The notes under the pieces are model-generated. The model had not been told where the DNA came from. It did no database searches and worked only from the letters and a program-made list of their open reading frames with translations. A program made the translations under genes and the position numbers. Source: Bacteroidales bacterium (GTDB lineage Bacteria > Bacteroidota > Bacteroidia > Bacteroidales > Bacteroidaceae). From it: DNA of 64,000 nucleotides. The DNA lies in the NCBI GenBank assembly GCA_029227175.1, contig JAQXZK010000137.1, positions 7,467-71,466 of the forward strand. Direction: 5' to 3'. The first letter of the stretch is position 1. Every line of letters starts with the position of its first letter. Positions 20,001 through 30,204 of this stretch are shown here, piece after piece.

Positions 20001-20300
20001 ATGATGAAGAAAAATATTGTTGGACTTATGGCAATGACTTTTACTGTTTCAACAACTATTCAGGCACAAGACTTTCTGGCTACTCACGACAGGGTCGATT
20101 CTAATCGCATAGGCATTATCGGCATCTGCGGCTTTGGCGGTTTTGCTGTCAACGCAGCTGCACAGGATACTCGTATCAAGGCAACCCTTGCCATCACAAC
20201 AATAAGCGAACGACTGGGATTCGAATACCCACAACATTTCGTCCGATTCTTCAAGGCTCACACAGGCAAAACTCCCTCTGCATATAGAAAGGCATCATGA
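20001..20300 (+). pseudogene. Chimeric remnant: signal peptide + alpha/beta-hydrolase fragment + AraC HTH tail
   Basis: RIGIIGICGFGG..AAAQDTRIKA hydrolase nucleophile elbow joined in frame to ISERLGFEYPQHFVRFFK..GKTPSAYR, all within 99 aa. Confidence 0.75.
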
Positions 20301-20315
20301 CGGATGGTACATCAC

Positions 20316-20500
20316 GACTTTTCCGCCGTGCGATAACGCCGTTAACCGGTGAATCATGACCTTTCCGTCGTGCGACAACACCGTTAACCGGTGAATCGTG
20401 ACTTTTCCGCCGTGCGATAACGCCGTTAACCGGTGAATGGAGACTTTTCCGCCGTGCGACAACACCGTTAACCGGTGAATGGAGGTTTTTCCATCGTGCG
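20316..20500. repeat. 42-bp tandem repeat, about 4.5 copies
   Basis: Unit GACTTTTCCGCCGTGCGAYAACRCCGTTAACCGGTGAAT(CAT/CGT/GGA) starting at 20316, 20358, 20400, 20442, partial at 20484. Confidence 0.95.
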
Positions 20501-20667
20501 ACTCGAACGTTCCTTCACTTTTCGCGCTGCATATCTTATATATATAATGGGAGAATGGTTTTTTGGATATTATTCCGAGCGGCCGGGATTTGCAAGACCG
20601 GACTCAGAGAGAGAAGAATGTGAGGATGGGGCTGTCTTGACGTGTATGAAGAGGAAGAAAGAGAAAG

Positions 20668-20704
20668 GACTGCGCTGCCGGATATAAGAATCCACAGCAC
20701 AGTC
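20668..20704 (-). terminator. Hairpin downstream of the CoA-transferase gene
   Basis: GACTGCGCTG...CAGCACAGTC inverted repeat, with a pyrimidine tract following on the minus strand. Confidence 0.5.
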
Positions 20705-20738
20705 CCTTCCGTTAGTATACTGCCTGAAAACAGAACGA

Positions 20739-22235
20739 TTACATATACTTAGCCCAATCTGTGTTAGCCATATTGCCTGATGCAGCGAGCTCTGCGTGCA
20801 TAGCGAGAGCTACCTTGAGCGCATGAGGTGTCTGTGACTTTCCATCGGTGAGTTTGAGATAATCCCACAGCAGTTGCTTGTAGTCCGGATGAACACAGTT
20901 CTCGATAATGGTCTGTGCACGCTCCTTGGGGCTCTTGCCGCGAAGGTCGGCGATACCCTGCTCTGTGATGATGATGTTTACATCGTGTTCTGAGTGGTCG
21001 ACGTGTGAAACCATCGGAACAATCGCGCTGATTTTTCCTTCCTTGGCCACAGAAGGGCAGGTGAAGATGGAAATGTAGGCATTGCGTGTGAAGTCTCCCG
21101 AACCTCCAATGCCGTTCATCATCTTTGTGCCACCGATATGTGTGGAGTTCACGTTTCCGTAGATGTCGGCCTCAATAGCTGTGTTGATAGAGATGACGCC
21201 AAGCCGGCGGATAACCTCCGGACTGTTGGATATTTCGCTCGGACGGAGAATCAACTTGTCGCCAAAGAATGTCATGTCGTCATAAATGCTGTTGAGGCAG
21301 TCGTTCGTAACGGTCAGTGAGCAGCCGGATGCGAACTTGACACGGCCGTCGCGAATCAAGCCGATAACCGAGTTCTGGATAACCTCTGTGTAGACGTTGA
21401 ACGCAGGGATTGTCGTGTCACGGCCAAGCGCACCAAGTACGGCATTGGCAATGTTACCGACACCGCTCTGCAACGGTAGGAATGTAGAAGGGATGATTCC
21501 GCGCTTCATGTCGCTGACGAGGAAGTCTGCCACGTTCTGTCCAATCTTGTCAGTGATGGGGTCGGCTGCCGAAAATGAACGGGCTTCGTCTGGCCAGTTG
21601 GTCTCTACGACTCCGACGATTTTCTTCGGGTCGACCTGCACGTAGGGCAAACCGATGCGGTCGTCGGGCTTGCAGATAGGTATGGCGGCGCGCCGAATCG
21701 GGTCAAGAGGCTCGTACACGTCGTGCAGACCCTTGGCTGCCTTGCTGTGAGCCGCATTCAACTCAACAATAACGATGTCGGCCATGCGGGCAATGGTAGG
21801 AGAGATACCGCCGGCAGCCGTGAGGTAGATCTTTCCGTCTTCTGTCACGTCGCAAGCCTCGATGATGGCTACGTTGACCTTTCCCATGAAACCGTAACGA
21901 AGCTCCTGTGCCATCTGAGAGAGGTGAATATCGTTATAGGCAATTTCACCGGCATTGACACACTTGCGGAAATCGGGATTGGTGGTATAAGGCGCACGAT
22001 AGCGAATGGCTTTTGCGCGAGAGAGGCAGCCGTCGCAGGAGTCGCCTGTGGAGGCACCGGTGAAGATACCTATCTGGAAAGGACGACCGGCTGCATGTTC
22101 GGCTTCCGCAATCTTTGCCAACTCCGCCGTCACAGCCTTTGCCGTACCAGCCGGCGTAAAGCCACTCAAACCAATATTATAACCATGTTTAATCAGTTGT
22201 GCAGCCTCAGCTGCAGAGAAATAATTTAATGCCAT
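20739..22235 (-). CDS. Acetyl-CoA hydrolase/succinate CoA-transferase
   Basis: SGFTPAG, LQSGVGN, YTEVIQ, NGIGGSGDF, VSHVDHSEHDV, TEQGIADLRG motifs. Confidence 0.93.
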   Translation of the reverse strand: MALNYFSAAEAAQLIKHGYNIGLSGFTPAGTAKAVTAELAKIAEAEHAAGRPFQIGIFTGASTGDSCDGCLSRAKAIRYRAPYTTNPDFRKCVNAGEIAYNDIHLSQMAQELRYGFMGKVNVAIIEACDVTEDGKIYLTAAGGISPTIARMADIVIVELNAAHSKAAKGLHDVYEPLDPIRRAAIPICKPDDRIGLPYVQVDPKKIVGVVETNWPDEARSFSAADPITDKIGQNVADFLVSDMKRGIIPSTFLPLQSGVGNIANAVLGALGRDTTIPAFNVYTEVIQNSVIGLIRDGRVKFASGCSLTVTNDCLNSIYDDMTFFGDKLILRPSEISNSPEVIRRLGVISINTAIEADIYGNVNSTHIGGTKMMNGIGGSGDFTRNAYISIFTCPSVAKEGKISAIVPMVSHVDHSEHDVNIIITEQGIADLRGKSPKERAQTIIENCVHPDYKQLLWDYLKLTDGKSQTPHALKVALAMHAELAASGNMANTDWAKYM

Positions 22236-22260
22236 GAGTATTTGATTGTTTATATGTTTT

Positions 22261-22656
22261 TTAAAAGAATTTACGCTGTAATATCTCGCTCCATATTATC
22301 GCCTTTCTCGCCTCTTCTTCGCCTGTGATGGCAAATTCGGACGGCTCGGATGCTGCGGCCTCTGTCTTTTCCGGCTTCGGAGCAGAGAACTTCTCGACCG
22401 GAACGTACCTTGACTGCTCACGTTTGTACGTTGCAAACGTCTTTTCCTGCGGCCTGTTGTATACAGGCGCGTCCGGCTTCTCCTCCGGCAGCTCTTCGTC
22501 AAACAAAGGCGGGAGCTCAGACTCATCGTACTCTTCAGTCGAGCGGACGAACTTCCTGACTATCTTTACCAAGAAGACAAAAACGATGGCGAGCGGAACC
22601 AAAAAAGAAGATAAGAACTCATCCATAGACAGAACATTCATTAAATTTGGCTTCAA
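22261..22656 (-). CDS. Hypothetical membrane-anchored protein
   Basis: One N-terminal TM; C-terminal EEARKAIIWSEILQRK motif that I recognise from Bacteroidales proteins at this locus. Confidence 0.65.
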   Translation of the reverse strand: MKPNLMNVLSMDEFLSSFLVPLAIVFVFLVKIVRKFVRSTEEYDESELPPLFDEELPEEKPDAPVYNRPQEKTFATYKREQSRYVPVEKFSAPKPEKTEAAASEPSEFAITGEEEARKAIIWSEILQRKFF

Positions 22657-22857
22657 AGGTAATTATAATTATACAATTAGACCCCGTTTTTCTCCTTTTT
22701 TGATGGCTGCCTTTTCCCATTTTAGCCACAAATAAAGACACATGGCACGCAAACACGAAGGAGTTTGGAGCTCCATTCCATTATTTCCTTGAGAGAATAA
22801 ACCGTAATTTTGGATTTTTACGTAATTTCGCCGACTAATATATCAATTTCAACCCCT

Positions 22858-24195
22858 ATGAGTGCCCAAAAACTGCTGTTCATTGAAACATACGGCTGCC
22901 AGATGAATGTAGCTGACAGCGAGGTAATCGCTTCTATCATGAAAATGGCCGGATACGAGCAAGCCGGCAGCCTGGAAGAGGCTACTGCAGTCTTGATGAA
23001 CACCTGTTCCGTCCGAGATAACGCAGAACAAAAGATTATCAACCGTCTGGAATATTTCCATTCACAGAAGAAACACAAGCCTAACCTCATCGTCGGCGTT
23101 GTAGGATGTATGGCCGAACGTGTCAAGGACGAACTCATAGAGAAACATCATGCCGACCTGGTCGTGGGACCGGACGCCTATCTCTCGCTTCCGGACTTGT
23201 TCGCATCGGTCGAGGCCGGAGAAAAAGCCATCAACGTAGAGCTCTCGACAACAGAGACCTATCGAGAGATTATACCACAACGCATCTGTGGCAACCACAT
23301 CTCGGGCTTTGTCTCCATCATGCGAGGATGCAACAACTTCTGCACCTACTGCATCGTCCCCTACACCAGAGGGCGTGAACGCAGCCGTGACATTGAAAGC
23401 ATCCTCAACGAAGTGAAAGACCTGCGAGACCGAGGGTACAAGGAAATCACCCTGTTGGGCCAAAATGTCAACTCATACCACTTTGTCAACCCTCAGGACG
23501 GCACGGACATCAACTTCCCAACCCTGTTGCGCACCGTGGCCCGGACGGCTCCGGGAGTACGCATCCGCTTCACGACCTCACACCCCAAAGACATGAGCGA
23601 CGAGACACTGCACGTCATTGCCGAGGAACCCAACGTGTGCCGGCACATTCACCTGCCCGTACAAAGCGGAAGCAACAGAATCCTTCAAATCATGAACAGG
23701 AAATACACCCGGGAATGGTATCTCGACCGCGTGGCTGCTATACGCCGAATCATTCCCGACTGCGGACTCTCCACCGACATCTTCTGCGGATTTCATAGCG
23801 AGACAGAAGAAGACCATCAGGACTCACTCACGCTCATGGAGACTTGTGCCTACGACTCGGCATTCATGTTCAAATACAGCGAACGACCGGGAACATACGC
23901 ATCCAAGCATCTCCCGGACGATATCCCCGAAGAAGTGAAAATCAGACGACTGAACGAAATCATCGCCCTGCAAAACCGTCTCTCTGCCGCATCCAACCAA
24001 CGCTGCATCGGCAAGACATACGAAGTACTGATTGAAGGCGTGTCCAAGCGTAGCCGAGAACAACTCTTTGGTCGCACCGAACAAAACCGGGTAGTCGTCT
24101 TCGATAAAAAGAATCATCGCATCGGTGAGTATGTCAACATACGCATTACCGGTGCCTCCTCGGCAACCCTCTTGGGAGAAGAGGTCACAGACTGA
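22858..24195 (+). CDS. miaB: tRNA-2-methylthio-N6-dimethylallyladenosine synthase
   Basis: ETYGCQMN, NTCSVR, radical-SAM CNNFCTYC, C-terminal TRAM domain. Confidence 0.97.
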   Translation: MSAQKLLFIETYGCQMNVADSEVIASIMKMAGYEQAGSLEEATAVLMNTCSVRDNAEQKIINRLEYFHSQKKHKPNLIVGVVGCMAERVKDELIEKHHADLVVGPDAYLSLPDLFASVEAGEKAINVELSTTETYREIIPQRICGNHISGFVSIMRGCNNFCTYCIVPYTRGRERSRDIESILNEVKDLRDRGYKEITLLGQNVNSYHFVNPQDGTDINFPTLLRTVARTAPGVRIRFTTSHPKDMSDETLHVIAEEPNVCRHIHLPVQSGSNRILQIMNRKYTREWYLDRVAAIRRIIPDCGLSTDIFCGFHSETEEDHQDSLTLMETCAYDSAFMFKYSERPGTYASKHLPDDIPEEVKIRRLNEIIALQNRLSAASNQRCIGKTYEVLIEGVSKRSREQLFGRTEQNRVVVFDKKNHRIGEYVNIRITGASSATLLGEEVTD

Positions 24196-24315
24196 CAGGC
24201 ATTCTTATTAAAATTCCTTAATATAAAGTACATACACCCGAAGTTATCCTTACTTTTGCACCAATTTTTGGTGTAGTATGGATTGTCGTGTCCATGCTTC
24301 TTCATGTTTATACGA

Positions 24316-25212
24316 ATGGGTAAGCTAACAATCAAGACATGTCCTATCTGTGAAAGCGAACAATTAGAGCCTTCACTAACATGCGTAGACCACTTCACCA
24401 CCGGTGAGATGTTCTGTATAAACGTATGCAGAAACTGCGGATTCATGCTTACACAAAATGCTCCGGACGAAGAGGAAATAGGGCACTACTACGAAACCAA
24501 CGACTACGTGTCACACACCGACACCCGCAAAGGACTCATTCACCGCATCTACCACCTGGCGCGCAGGTTCATGCTCTGGCGAAAAAGCCTTCTGATAGAA
24601 AACCTGACGCATAAAAAAATAGGCCGCATACTCGACTACGGAGCCGGCACTGGCTACTTTGCAAACGCCATGAAACAGCGTGGATGGGACGTGCGTGCCA
24701 TTGAGCCGAATCGTTCTGCACGGGAATTTGCCGCAGCAAACTTCAAGATAAACATTCGCTCTCCCAAGGCCATCAAAACCCTTCGCAAGGGAAGCTACGA
24801 CGTCATCACACTTTGGCACGTATTGGAACACATCCATGACCTCAACAAGATTATGGAGCAGTTCAACAGCCTGCTTTCAGAAAAAGGACTGCTCATCATC
24901 GCTGTTCCCAACCACACAGGATATGACGCAGGCCACTACGGAGCACTATGGGCTGCCTATGACGTACCACGTCACTTATGGCATTTCTCGCCAAGCAACA
25001 TACAACAACTCGGAGCCAAGCACGGCTTCATTCTCGCCGAACGACATACCATGCCACTTGACGCATTCTACGTCTCCATGCTGACAGAGAAACAAATGCA
25101 CCACAGCCTCGCCTTCCTGCGTGGGCTCTTCGTGGGTCTCATCGCTTTCTTTAACACCATGGCGCACAAAGACAAAAGCAGTTCGCTCATCTACGTTTTC
25201 AGAAAAAAATAA
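24316..25212 (+). CDS. Class I SAM-dependent methyltransferase with Zn-ribbon N-terminus
   Basis: CPIC...CRNC; ILDYGAGTG; ITLWHVLEH; YDVPRHLWHF; -7 box TACTTTTG at 24251-24258. Confidence 0.88.
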   Translation: MGKLTIKTCPICESEQLEPSLTCVDHFTTGEMFCINVCRNCGFMLTQNAPDEEEIGHYYETNDYVSHTDTRKGLIHRIYHLARRFMLWRKSLLIENLTHKKIGRILDYGAGTGYFANAMKQRGWDVRAIEPNRSAREFAAANFKINIRSPKAIKTLRKGSYDVITLWHVLEHIHDLNKIMEQFNSLLSEKGLLIIAVPNHTGYDAGHYGALWAAYDVPRHLWHFSPSNIQQLGAKHGFILAERHTMPLDAFYVSMLTEKQMHHSLAFLRGLFVGLIAFFNTMAHKDKSSSLIYVFRKK

Positions 25213-25219
25213 TACAAAA

Positions 25220-26095
25220 ATGGGGAAAGATAAAAAAAGTATAGCAATCTTCGACATGCAATTCCTGACAGCGTCCATCAGCACAACCTTGGTACTGCTG
25301 CTATTGGGCATGGTTGTGTTCTTTGTCCTCACAGCCCACAACCTCTCCATATACGTCAAGGAAAACATCAACTTCACGATTTTGATTAGCGATGACATGA
25401 AGGAAAAAGACATCCTTTCCATGCAGAAAGACCTTGACACAAAACCATACATAAAATCAACCAAATACATTTCGAAGAAACAGGCATTGTTGGAAGAGAC
25501 AGAGGCCTTGGGCACTGACCCCCAAGAGTTTCTTGGCTACAACCCATTTACGGCAAGCCTTGAAGTGAGACTCATCTCCGACTATGCCAACAATGACAGC
25601 ATCGCTAAAATTGAACGTGAAATCAAAACAAACAAGTACGTACAGGATGTCCTCTACCAGCGCGACCTGATTGATGCTGTCAACGAGAACGTGCGGAATA
25701 TAAGCATCGCCTTGCTGGTGCTTGCCGGTGCATTGTCATTCATCTCATTCATGCTGATAAACAACACGATAAGGCTCACTATCTATGCCAAACGTTTCCT
25801 CATACACACCATGAAACTCGTCGGTGCATCATGGAGTTTTATCCGTTGGCCGTTCATCACACGAAACTTCTGGATAGGCATCTTCTCCGCACTGATTGCC
25901 TCCGGTATTCTTTGGGGACTGGCATTCTGGCTCATAAACTACGAGGCAGAGCTTTCCACCATCATTACCACCCAAGTCATGATTCTGGTAAGCATCTCTG
26001 TCTTTACATTCGGCATCTTAATCACCTGGCTTTGTGCATATCTCTCTATCAATAAATACCTGCGCATGAAAGCATCGTCACTTTACTACATCTAA
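25220..26095 (+). CDS. ftsX: Cell-division ABC permease FtsX
   Basis: TM, periplasmic domain, then INNTIRL..MKLVGASWSFIRWPF. Confidence 0.92.
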   Translation: MGKDKKSIAIFDMQFLTASISTTLVLLLLGMVVFFVLTAHNLSIYVKENINFTILISDDMKEKDILSMQKDLDTKPYIKSTKYISKKQALLEETEALGTDPQEFLGYNPFTASLEVRLISDYANNDSIAKIEREIKTNKYVQDVLYQRDLIDAVNENVRNISIALLVLAGALSFISFMLINNTIRLTIYAKRFLIHTMKLVGASWSFIRWPFITRNFWIGIFSALIASGILWGLAFWLINYEAELSTIITTQVMILVSISVFTFGILITWLCAYLSINKYLRMKASSLYYI

Positions 26096-26105
26096 CTGTC
26101 TGACA

Positions 26106-26339
26106 ATGAAAAAAGAAAAGTTCGCATTTGACAAAACCAACTACATCATGCTGGCCATCGGCATGGCTATTATCATACTGGGGTTCCTGCTCATGTCCGG
26201 CTCAGGAACAACCTCATCAGAATTTAATCCGGACATCTTCAGTGTACGCCGAATCAAGGTTGCTCCCATAATCAGCCTTATCGGATTCGTATTCATGATT
26301 TTTGCAGTACTACATAAACCAAATAACGGAAAAGAATAA
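26106..26339 (+). CDS. DUF3098 small membrane protein
   Basis: [30 protein letters not shown]; position between ftsX and uppP. Confidence 0.8.
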   Translation: MKKEKFAFDKTNYIMLAIGMAIIILGFLLMSGSGTTSSEFNPDIFSVRRIKVAPIISLIGFVFMIFAVLHKPNNGKE

Positions 26340-26341
26340 CC

Positions 26342-27145
26342 ATGGATTGGCTCGAAGCACTTTTACTGGGCATTTTGCAAGGCCTGACAGAATACCTGCC
26401 GGTAAGCAGTAGCGGACACCTTGCAATTGGCTCCGCACTTTTTGGCATTTCCGGTGAGGAAAATCTCGCCTTCACAATTGTGGTACACGTGGCAACAGTT
26501 CTCAGTACACTCGTCATCCTCTGGAAGGAGATTGTCTGGTTACTGAAAGGGTTGCTGCAATTCAAATGGAACAGCGAAACACGCTATGCATGTTGCATCC
26601 TGCTCTCAATGATTCCCGTTGGAATTGTCGGACTATTTTTTAAAGACGTCATCGAAGGAGTGTTTGGCTCGGGGCTCGTCATTGTCGGCTGTTGCCTGCT
26701 GGTCACTGCATGCCTTTTATCCTTCTCATACTACGCACATCCGCGTCAGAAAGAAAACATATCCTTTCGCGATGCCTTCATCATTGGTTTAGCACAGGCG
26801 GTTGCTGTGCTGCCAGGTATAAGCCGTTCAGGAAGCACCATTGCTACCGGTTTGATTTTAGGCAACAAGAAAGAATCGCTGGCCCAGTTTTCATTCCTCA
26901 TGGTCATTCCCCCCATTTTAGGCGAGGCATTACTGGACACGCTCAAACTCTTGAAGGGTGATGGCGATGCCATCGTAAACACGATTCCGACCTTCTCACT
27001 CGTCATTGGATTCCTGGCAGCCTTCATCTTTGGTTGCATCGCGTGTAAATGGATGATTAACATCGTCAAACGAGGAAAACTGATTTATTTCGCCATCTAT
27101 TGTGCCATCGTCGGCGCCGTCACCTTAACCTTCTGTCTTATCTGA
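26342..27145 (+). CDS. uppP: Undecaprenyl-diphosphate phosphatase
   Basis: [14 protein letters not shown]; PGISRSGST. Confidence 0.96.
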   Translation: MDWLEALLLGILQGLTEYLPVSSSGHLAIGSALFGISGEENLAFTIVVHVATVLSTLVILWKEIVWLLKGLLQFKWNSETRYACCILLSMIPVGIVGLFFKDVIEGVFGSGLVIVGCCLLVTACLLSFSYYAHPRQKENISFRDAFIIGLAQAVAVLPGISRSGSTIATGLILGNKKESLAQFSFLMVIPPILGEALLDTLKLLKGDGDAIVNTIPTFSLVIGFLAAFIFGCIACKWMINIVKRGKLIYFAIYCAIVGAVTLTFCLI

Positions 27146-27155
27146 ACCTCACATC

Positions 27156-27881
27156 ATGACATATAACTTTAAGGACGGAGAGGTATTGTGCTTCAACAAA
27201 CCATTGGGATGGACATCGTTCAAGGTTGTCGGACATGTAAGATACCACCTCTGCCGCAGGTTACATATTAAAAAATTCAAGGTGGGCCATGCCGGGACTC
27301 TTGACCCGCTCGCCACAGGCGTGATTATTGTCTGCACAGGGAAAGCGACAAAACGCATAGAGGAATTTCAGATGCACACCAAAGAGTATGTCGCCACAAT
27401 AAGATTAGGGGCAACCACTCCGTCTTTCGACTTGGAGCACGAAATTGACGCACACTATCCGACCGAACATATAACATTAGAATTGATAAATAAAGCCCTC
27501 GAACAGTTTGTCGGCAAGATACAACAAGTCCCGCCGACCTTCTCGGCCTGCAACGTAAACGGGAAACGCGCATACGAACTGGCCAGAAGTGGAAAGGACG
27601 TTGAACTCAAGGCTAAAGAAATAGAAATAAAAGAGATAGAACTCCTTGAACATAACCTGACAGGAGATTGTCCGTACATTAAAATCCGCGTTGTCTGCAG
27701 CAAGGGAACCTACATCCGCTCGCTGGCACGCGACCTGGGAGTTGCCCTTCATAGCGGAGCTCATCTCACCGCCCTTGAAAGAACAAGAGTCGGAGACTTC
27801 AGGATTACAGACTGCATAGACCCTCTGAAATTTAAAGACTGGCTTGAAAACCAGACCATCATTGAAGAACAAGAGAACTGA
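27156..27881 (+). CDS. truB: tRNA pseudouridine(55) synthase
   Basis: NKPLGWTSF; GHAGTLDPLATG; KEY; CSKGTYIRSLARD. Confidence 0.97.
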   Translation: MTYNFKDGEVLCFNKPLGWTSFKVVGHVRYHLCRRLHIKKFKVGHAGTLDPLATGVIIVCTGKATKRIEEFQMHTKEYVATIRLGATTPSFDLEHEIDAHYPTEHITLELINKALEQFVGKIQQVPPTFSACNVNGKRAYELARSGKDVELKAKEIEIKEIELLEHNLTGDCPYIKIRVVCSKGTYIRSLARDLGVALHSGAHLTALERTRVGDFRITDCIDPLKFKDWLENQTIIEEQEN

Positions 27882-27910
27882 ACGAAGAATAATAATAAGA
27901 ATAACAATAT

Positions 27911-28966
27911 ATGAAACTCTCTCAATTCAAATTCAAACTGCCGGAAGAAAAGATTGCACTTTATCCTACAAACTTTCGTGACGAGTCCCGACTGATGGTT
28001 CTTCATCGCAAAACCGGAGAAATCGAACACCGGATATTCAAAGATATACTTACCTACTTCGATGAAAAAGACGTCTTTGTGTTCAATGATACGAAAGTCT
28101 TCCCCGCACGTCTCTTTGGCAACAAGGAGAAAACCGGAGCCCGCATCGAGGTTTTTCTTCTACGCGAATTGAACGAAGAAAATAGACTGTGGGACGTTCT
28201 GGTCGACCCGGCCAGAAAAATCCGCATTGGCAACAAACTCTACTTTGGAGAAGACGACTCCATGGTAGCAGAAGTCATTGACAACACCACATCCAGAGGA
28301 CGCACCCTGCGCTTCCTGTACGATGGCCCACACAATGAATTCAAGGAAGCTCTTTATGCCTTGGGCGAGACTCCACTCCCCAACATGATTGTCAAGCGCC
28401 CCGTAGAAGAATTAGATAAGGAACGCTTCCAGTCTATCTTTGCCAAAAATGAAGGTGCGGTGACCGCCCCGACAGCCAACCTCCACTTCAGCCGCGAACT
28501 GATGAAGCGCATGGAAATAAAGGGCATTGACTTTGCTTTCGTTACCTTACATGCGGGATTAGGAAACTTCCGCGAAATAGATGTGGAGGACCTGACCAAA
28601 CACAAGACAGACAGCGAACAGCTCATTGTGCCGGAAGAGGCTACAAGAATCGTCAACAATGCACAAGACCAAGGCAGAAGAATCTGCGCGGTCGGCACAA
28701 CGGTAATGCGTGCCTTGGAAACCACCAACAGCACAAACGGACACATCTCTCCGTATGAAGGCTGGACCAACAAGTTCATCTTCCCTCCCTACGATTTCAA
28801 CGTTGCCAATGCAATGGTGTCCAACTTCCACATGCCACTCTCAACACTGTTGATGATAACTGCTGCGTTCGGAGGTTATGAACAAGTCATGGAAGCATAT
28901 AATATTGCACTGAAGGAAGACTATCGGTTTGGAACCTACGGTGACGCGATGCTCATAATAGACTGA
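27911..28966 (+). CDS. queA: S-adenosylmethionine:tRNA ribosyltransferase-isomerase
   Basis: [12 protein letters not shown]; APTANLHF; AVGTT; SNFHMP; [10 protein letters not shown]. Confidence 0.95.
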   Translation: MKLSQFKFKLPEEKIALYPTNFRDESRLMVLHRKTGEIEHRIFKDILTYFDEKDVFVFNDTKVFPARLFGNKEKTGARIEVFLLRELNEENRLWDVLVDPARKIRIGNKLYFGEDDSMVAEVIDNTTSRGRTLRFLYDGPHNEFKEALYALGETPLPNMIVKRPVEELDKERFQSIFAKNEGAVTAPTANLHFSRELMKRMEIKGIDFAFVTLHAGLGNFREIDVEDLTKHKTDSEQLIVPEEATRIVNNAQDQGRRICAVGTTVMRALETTNSTNGHISPYEGWTNKFIFPPYDFNVANAMVSNFHMPLSTLLMITAAFGGYEQVMEAYNIALKEDYRFGTYGDAMLIID

Positions 28967-28969
28967 CGA

Positions 28970-29407
28970 ATGTACATCTATTACATCGGTTTAGGTAGCA
29001 ATCTGGGTGACACCCGTGCAAACCTGCTCCGTGCGGTGGAGTTGATGAACCAACGCCTCGGCAGGGTAACCGCCCTCTCTTCGCTCTACGAAACCGAGCC
29101 GTGGGGATTTCGCTCTGAACACATGTTTTGCAATGCAGCATGCCGGGTGGAATGCCCGTATGCTCCCCAGGAAGTTCTGGACGTGACCCAGCAGATAGAG
29201 CGTGACTTGGGCCGGACCCGGAAATCGGTGAAAGGGCAATATACAGACCGTGTAATAGACATAGACCTGCTTTACTGTCTTGACGAGGCCGGACAAGCGG
29301 TGCATATCGAGTCACCGGCACTTTGCCTGCCTCATCCGCTGATAGAGCAACGTCCGTTTGTGAAACAGCCACTCCGTGAAATCTGGGTGGAGAGAGTGCA
29401 TTTTTAA
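28970..29407 (+). CDS. folK: 2-amino-4-hydroxy-6-hydroxymethyldihydropteridine diphosphokinase
   Basis: IGLGSNLGD; SLYETEPWG; DRVIDIDLL; LPHP..R.FV. Confidence 0.95.
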   Translation: MYIYYIGLGSNLGDTRANLLRAVELMNQRLGRVTALSSLYETEPWGFRSEHMFCNAACRVECPYAPQEVLDVTQQIERDLGRTRKSVKGQYTDRVIDIDLLYCLDEAGQAVHIESPALCLPHPLIEQRPFVKQPLREIWVERVHF

Positions 29408-29428
29408 TACACAAAGTAAAAGAAGGTA

Positions 29429-30145
29429 ATGAAGTTCGCAATAATAGCAGCGGGCGAAGGAAGCCGCCTTTCACAGGAGGGCGTAGAAGTTCCCAAACCC
29501 TTGATCCGCCTCAATGGTGAGGTGATGATAGACCGACTGATTCACATTTTTGAATCATGCGGGGCTACTGAAATAGTGATTATTGTCAATGAATGGAGCA
29601 CACAAGTCCGTCAACATATTGAATCCCTGCGATTAAGTGTCCCATTGCGTCTGGTCGTGAAGACGACTCCCAGTTCCATGCACAGTTTACACGAACTCTC
29701 CCCCTTGCTCAGAGGCGGGAAGTTCTGCCTGACTACGGTAGATACCATCTTCCGCCAGGAGGAGTTCGCCCGCTACATTCAGCACTTTGAATCGGCAGCA
29801 GACGACGTGGACGGCTGTATGGCAGTTACCCCATACGTCGATGACGAGAAACCACTGTGGGTGGCGGCAGACGAGTCGCTGCGCATCACCGGCTTTCACG
29901 ATAAGCAGCAGGAAGGCGATTACTTGGTATCGGGAGGCATTTATTGTCTCAACGACCGTGCGCTTGATGTCCTTGACCATTGCATGGCAGCGGGAATGAG
30001 CCGAATGAGGAATTTTCAGCGACAGCTTGTGGAAGAAGGCCTCAAACTGGAGGCATGGCCCATGCCCAAGATTGTGGATGTGGACCACAAGGATGACATC
30101 CGCAAGGCCGAAGCCTTTCTAAAACCATTGGGGGGGGTAAAGTAG
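29429..30145 (+). CDS. Nucleotidyltransferase, possibly inositol-phosphate cytidylyltransferase-like
   Basis: IIAAGEGSRL..PKPL; TTVD; C-terminal DVDHKDD. Confidence 0.85.
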   Translation: MKFAIIAAGEGSRLSQEGVEVPKPLIRLNGEVMIDRLIHIFESCGATEIVIIVNEWSTQVRQHIESLRLSVPLRLVVKTTPSSMHSLHELSPLLRGGKFCLTTVDTIFRQEEFARYIQHFESAADDVDGCMAVTPYVDDEKPLWVAADESLRITGFHDKQQEGDYLVSGGIYCLNDRALDVLDHCMAAGMSRMRNFQRQLVEEGLKLEAWPMPKIVDVDHKDDIRKAEAFLKPLGGVK

Positions 30146-30204
30146 ACATGGGCTACAAGGAAGACACCAGAAAGGCCGAAGCCTTCCTGAGGCCATTGGA
30201 GGGA
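30074..30204 (+). repeat. Diverged tandem duplication (period 68 bp) spanning a gene junction, with a G8 tract at 30130-30137
   Basis: VDVDHKDDIRKAEAFLKPLGG (from 30074) versus VDMGYKEDTRKAEAFLRPLEG (from 30142). Confidence 0.92.

Noticed and set aside
20316-20500. 42-bp repeat as a CRISPR array
   Set aside because: Units are contiguous with no unique spacers, and there are no cas genes.
12100-20500. Treating the B12 and metal loci as an intact mobile island
   Set aside because: Somewhat GC-richer and bounded by repeats, but there is no integrase, transposase, relaxase or att/target duplication.
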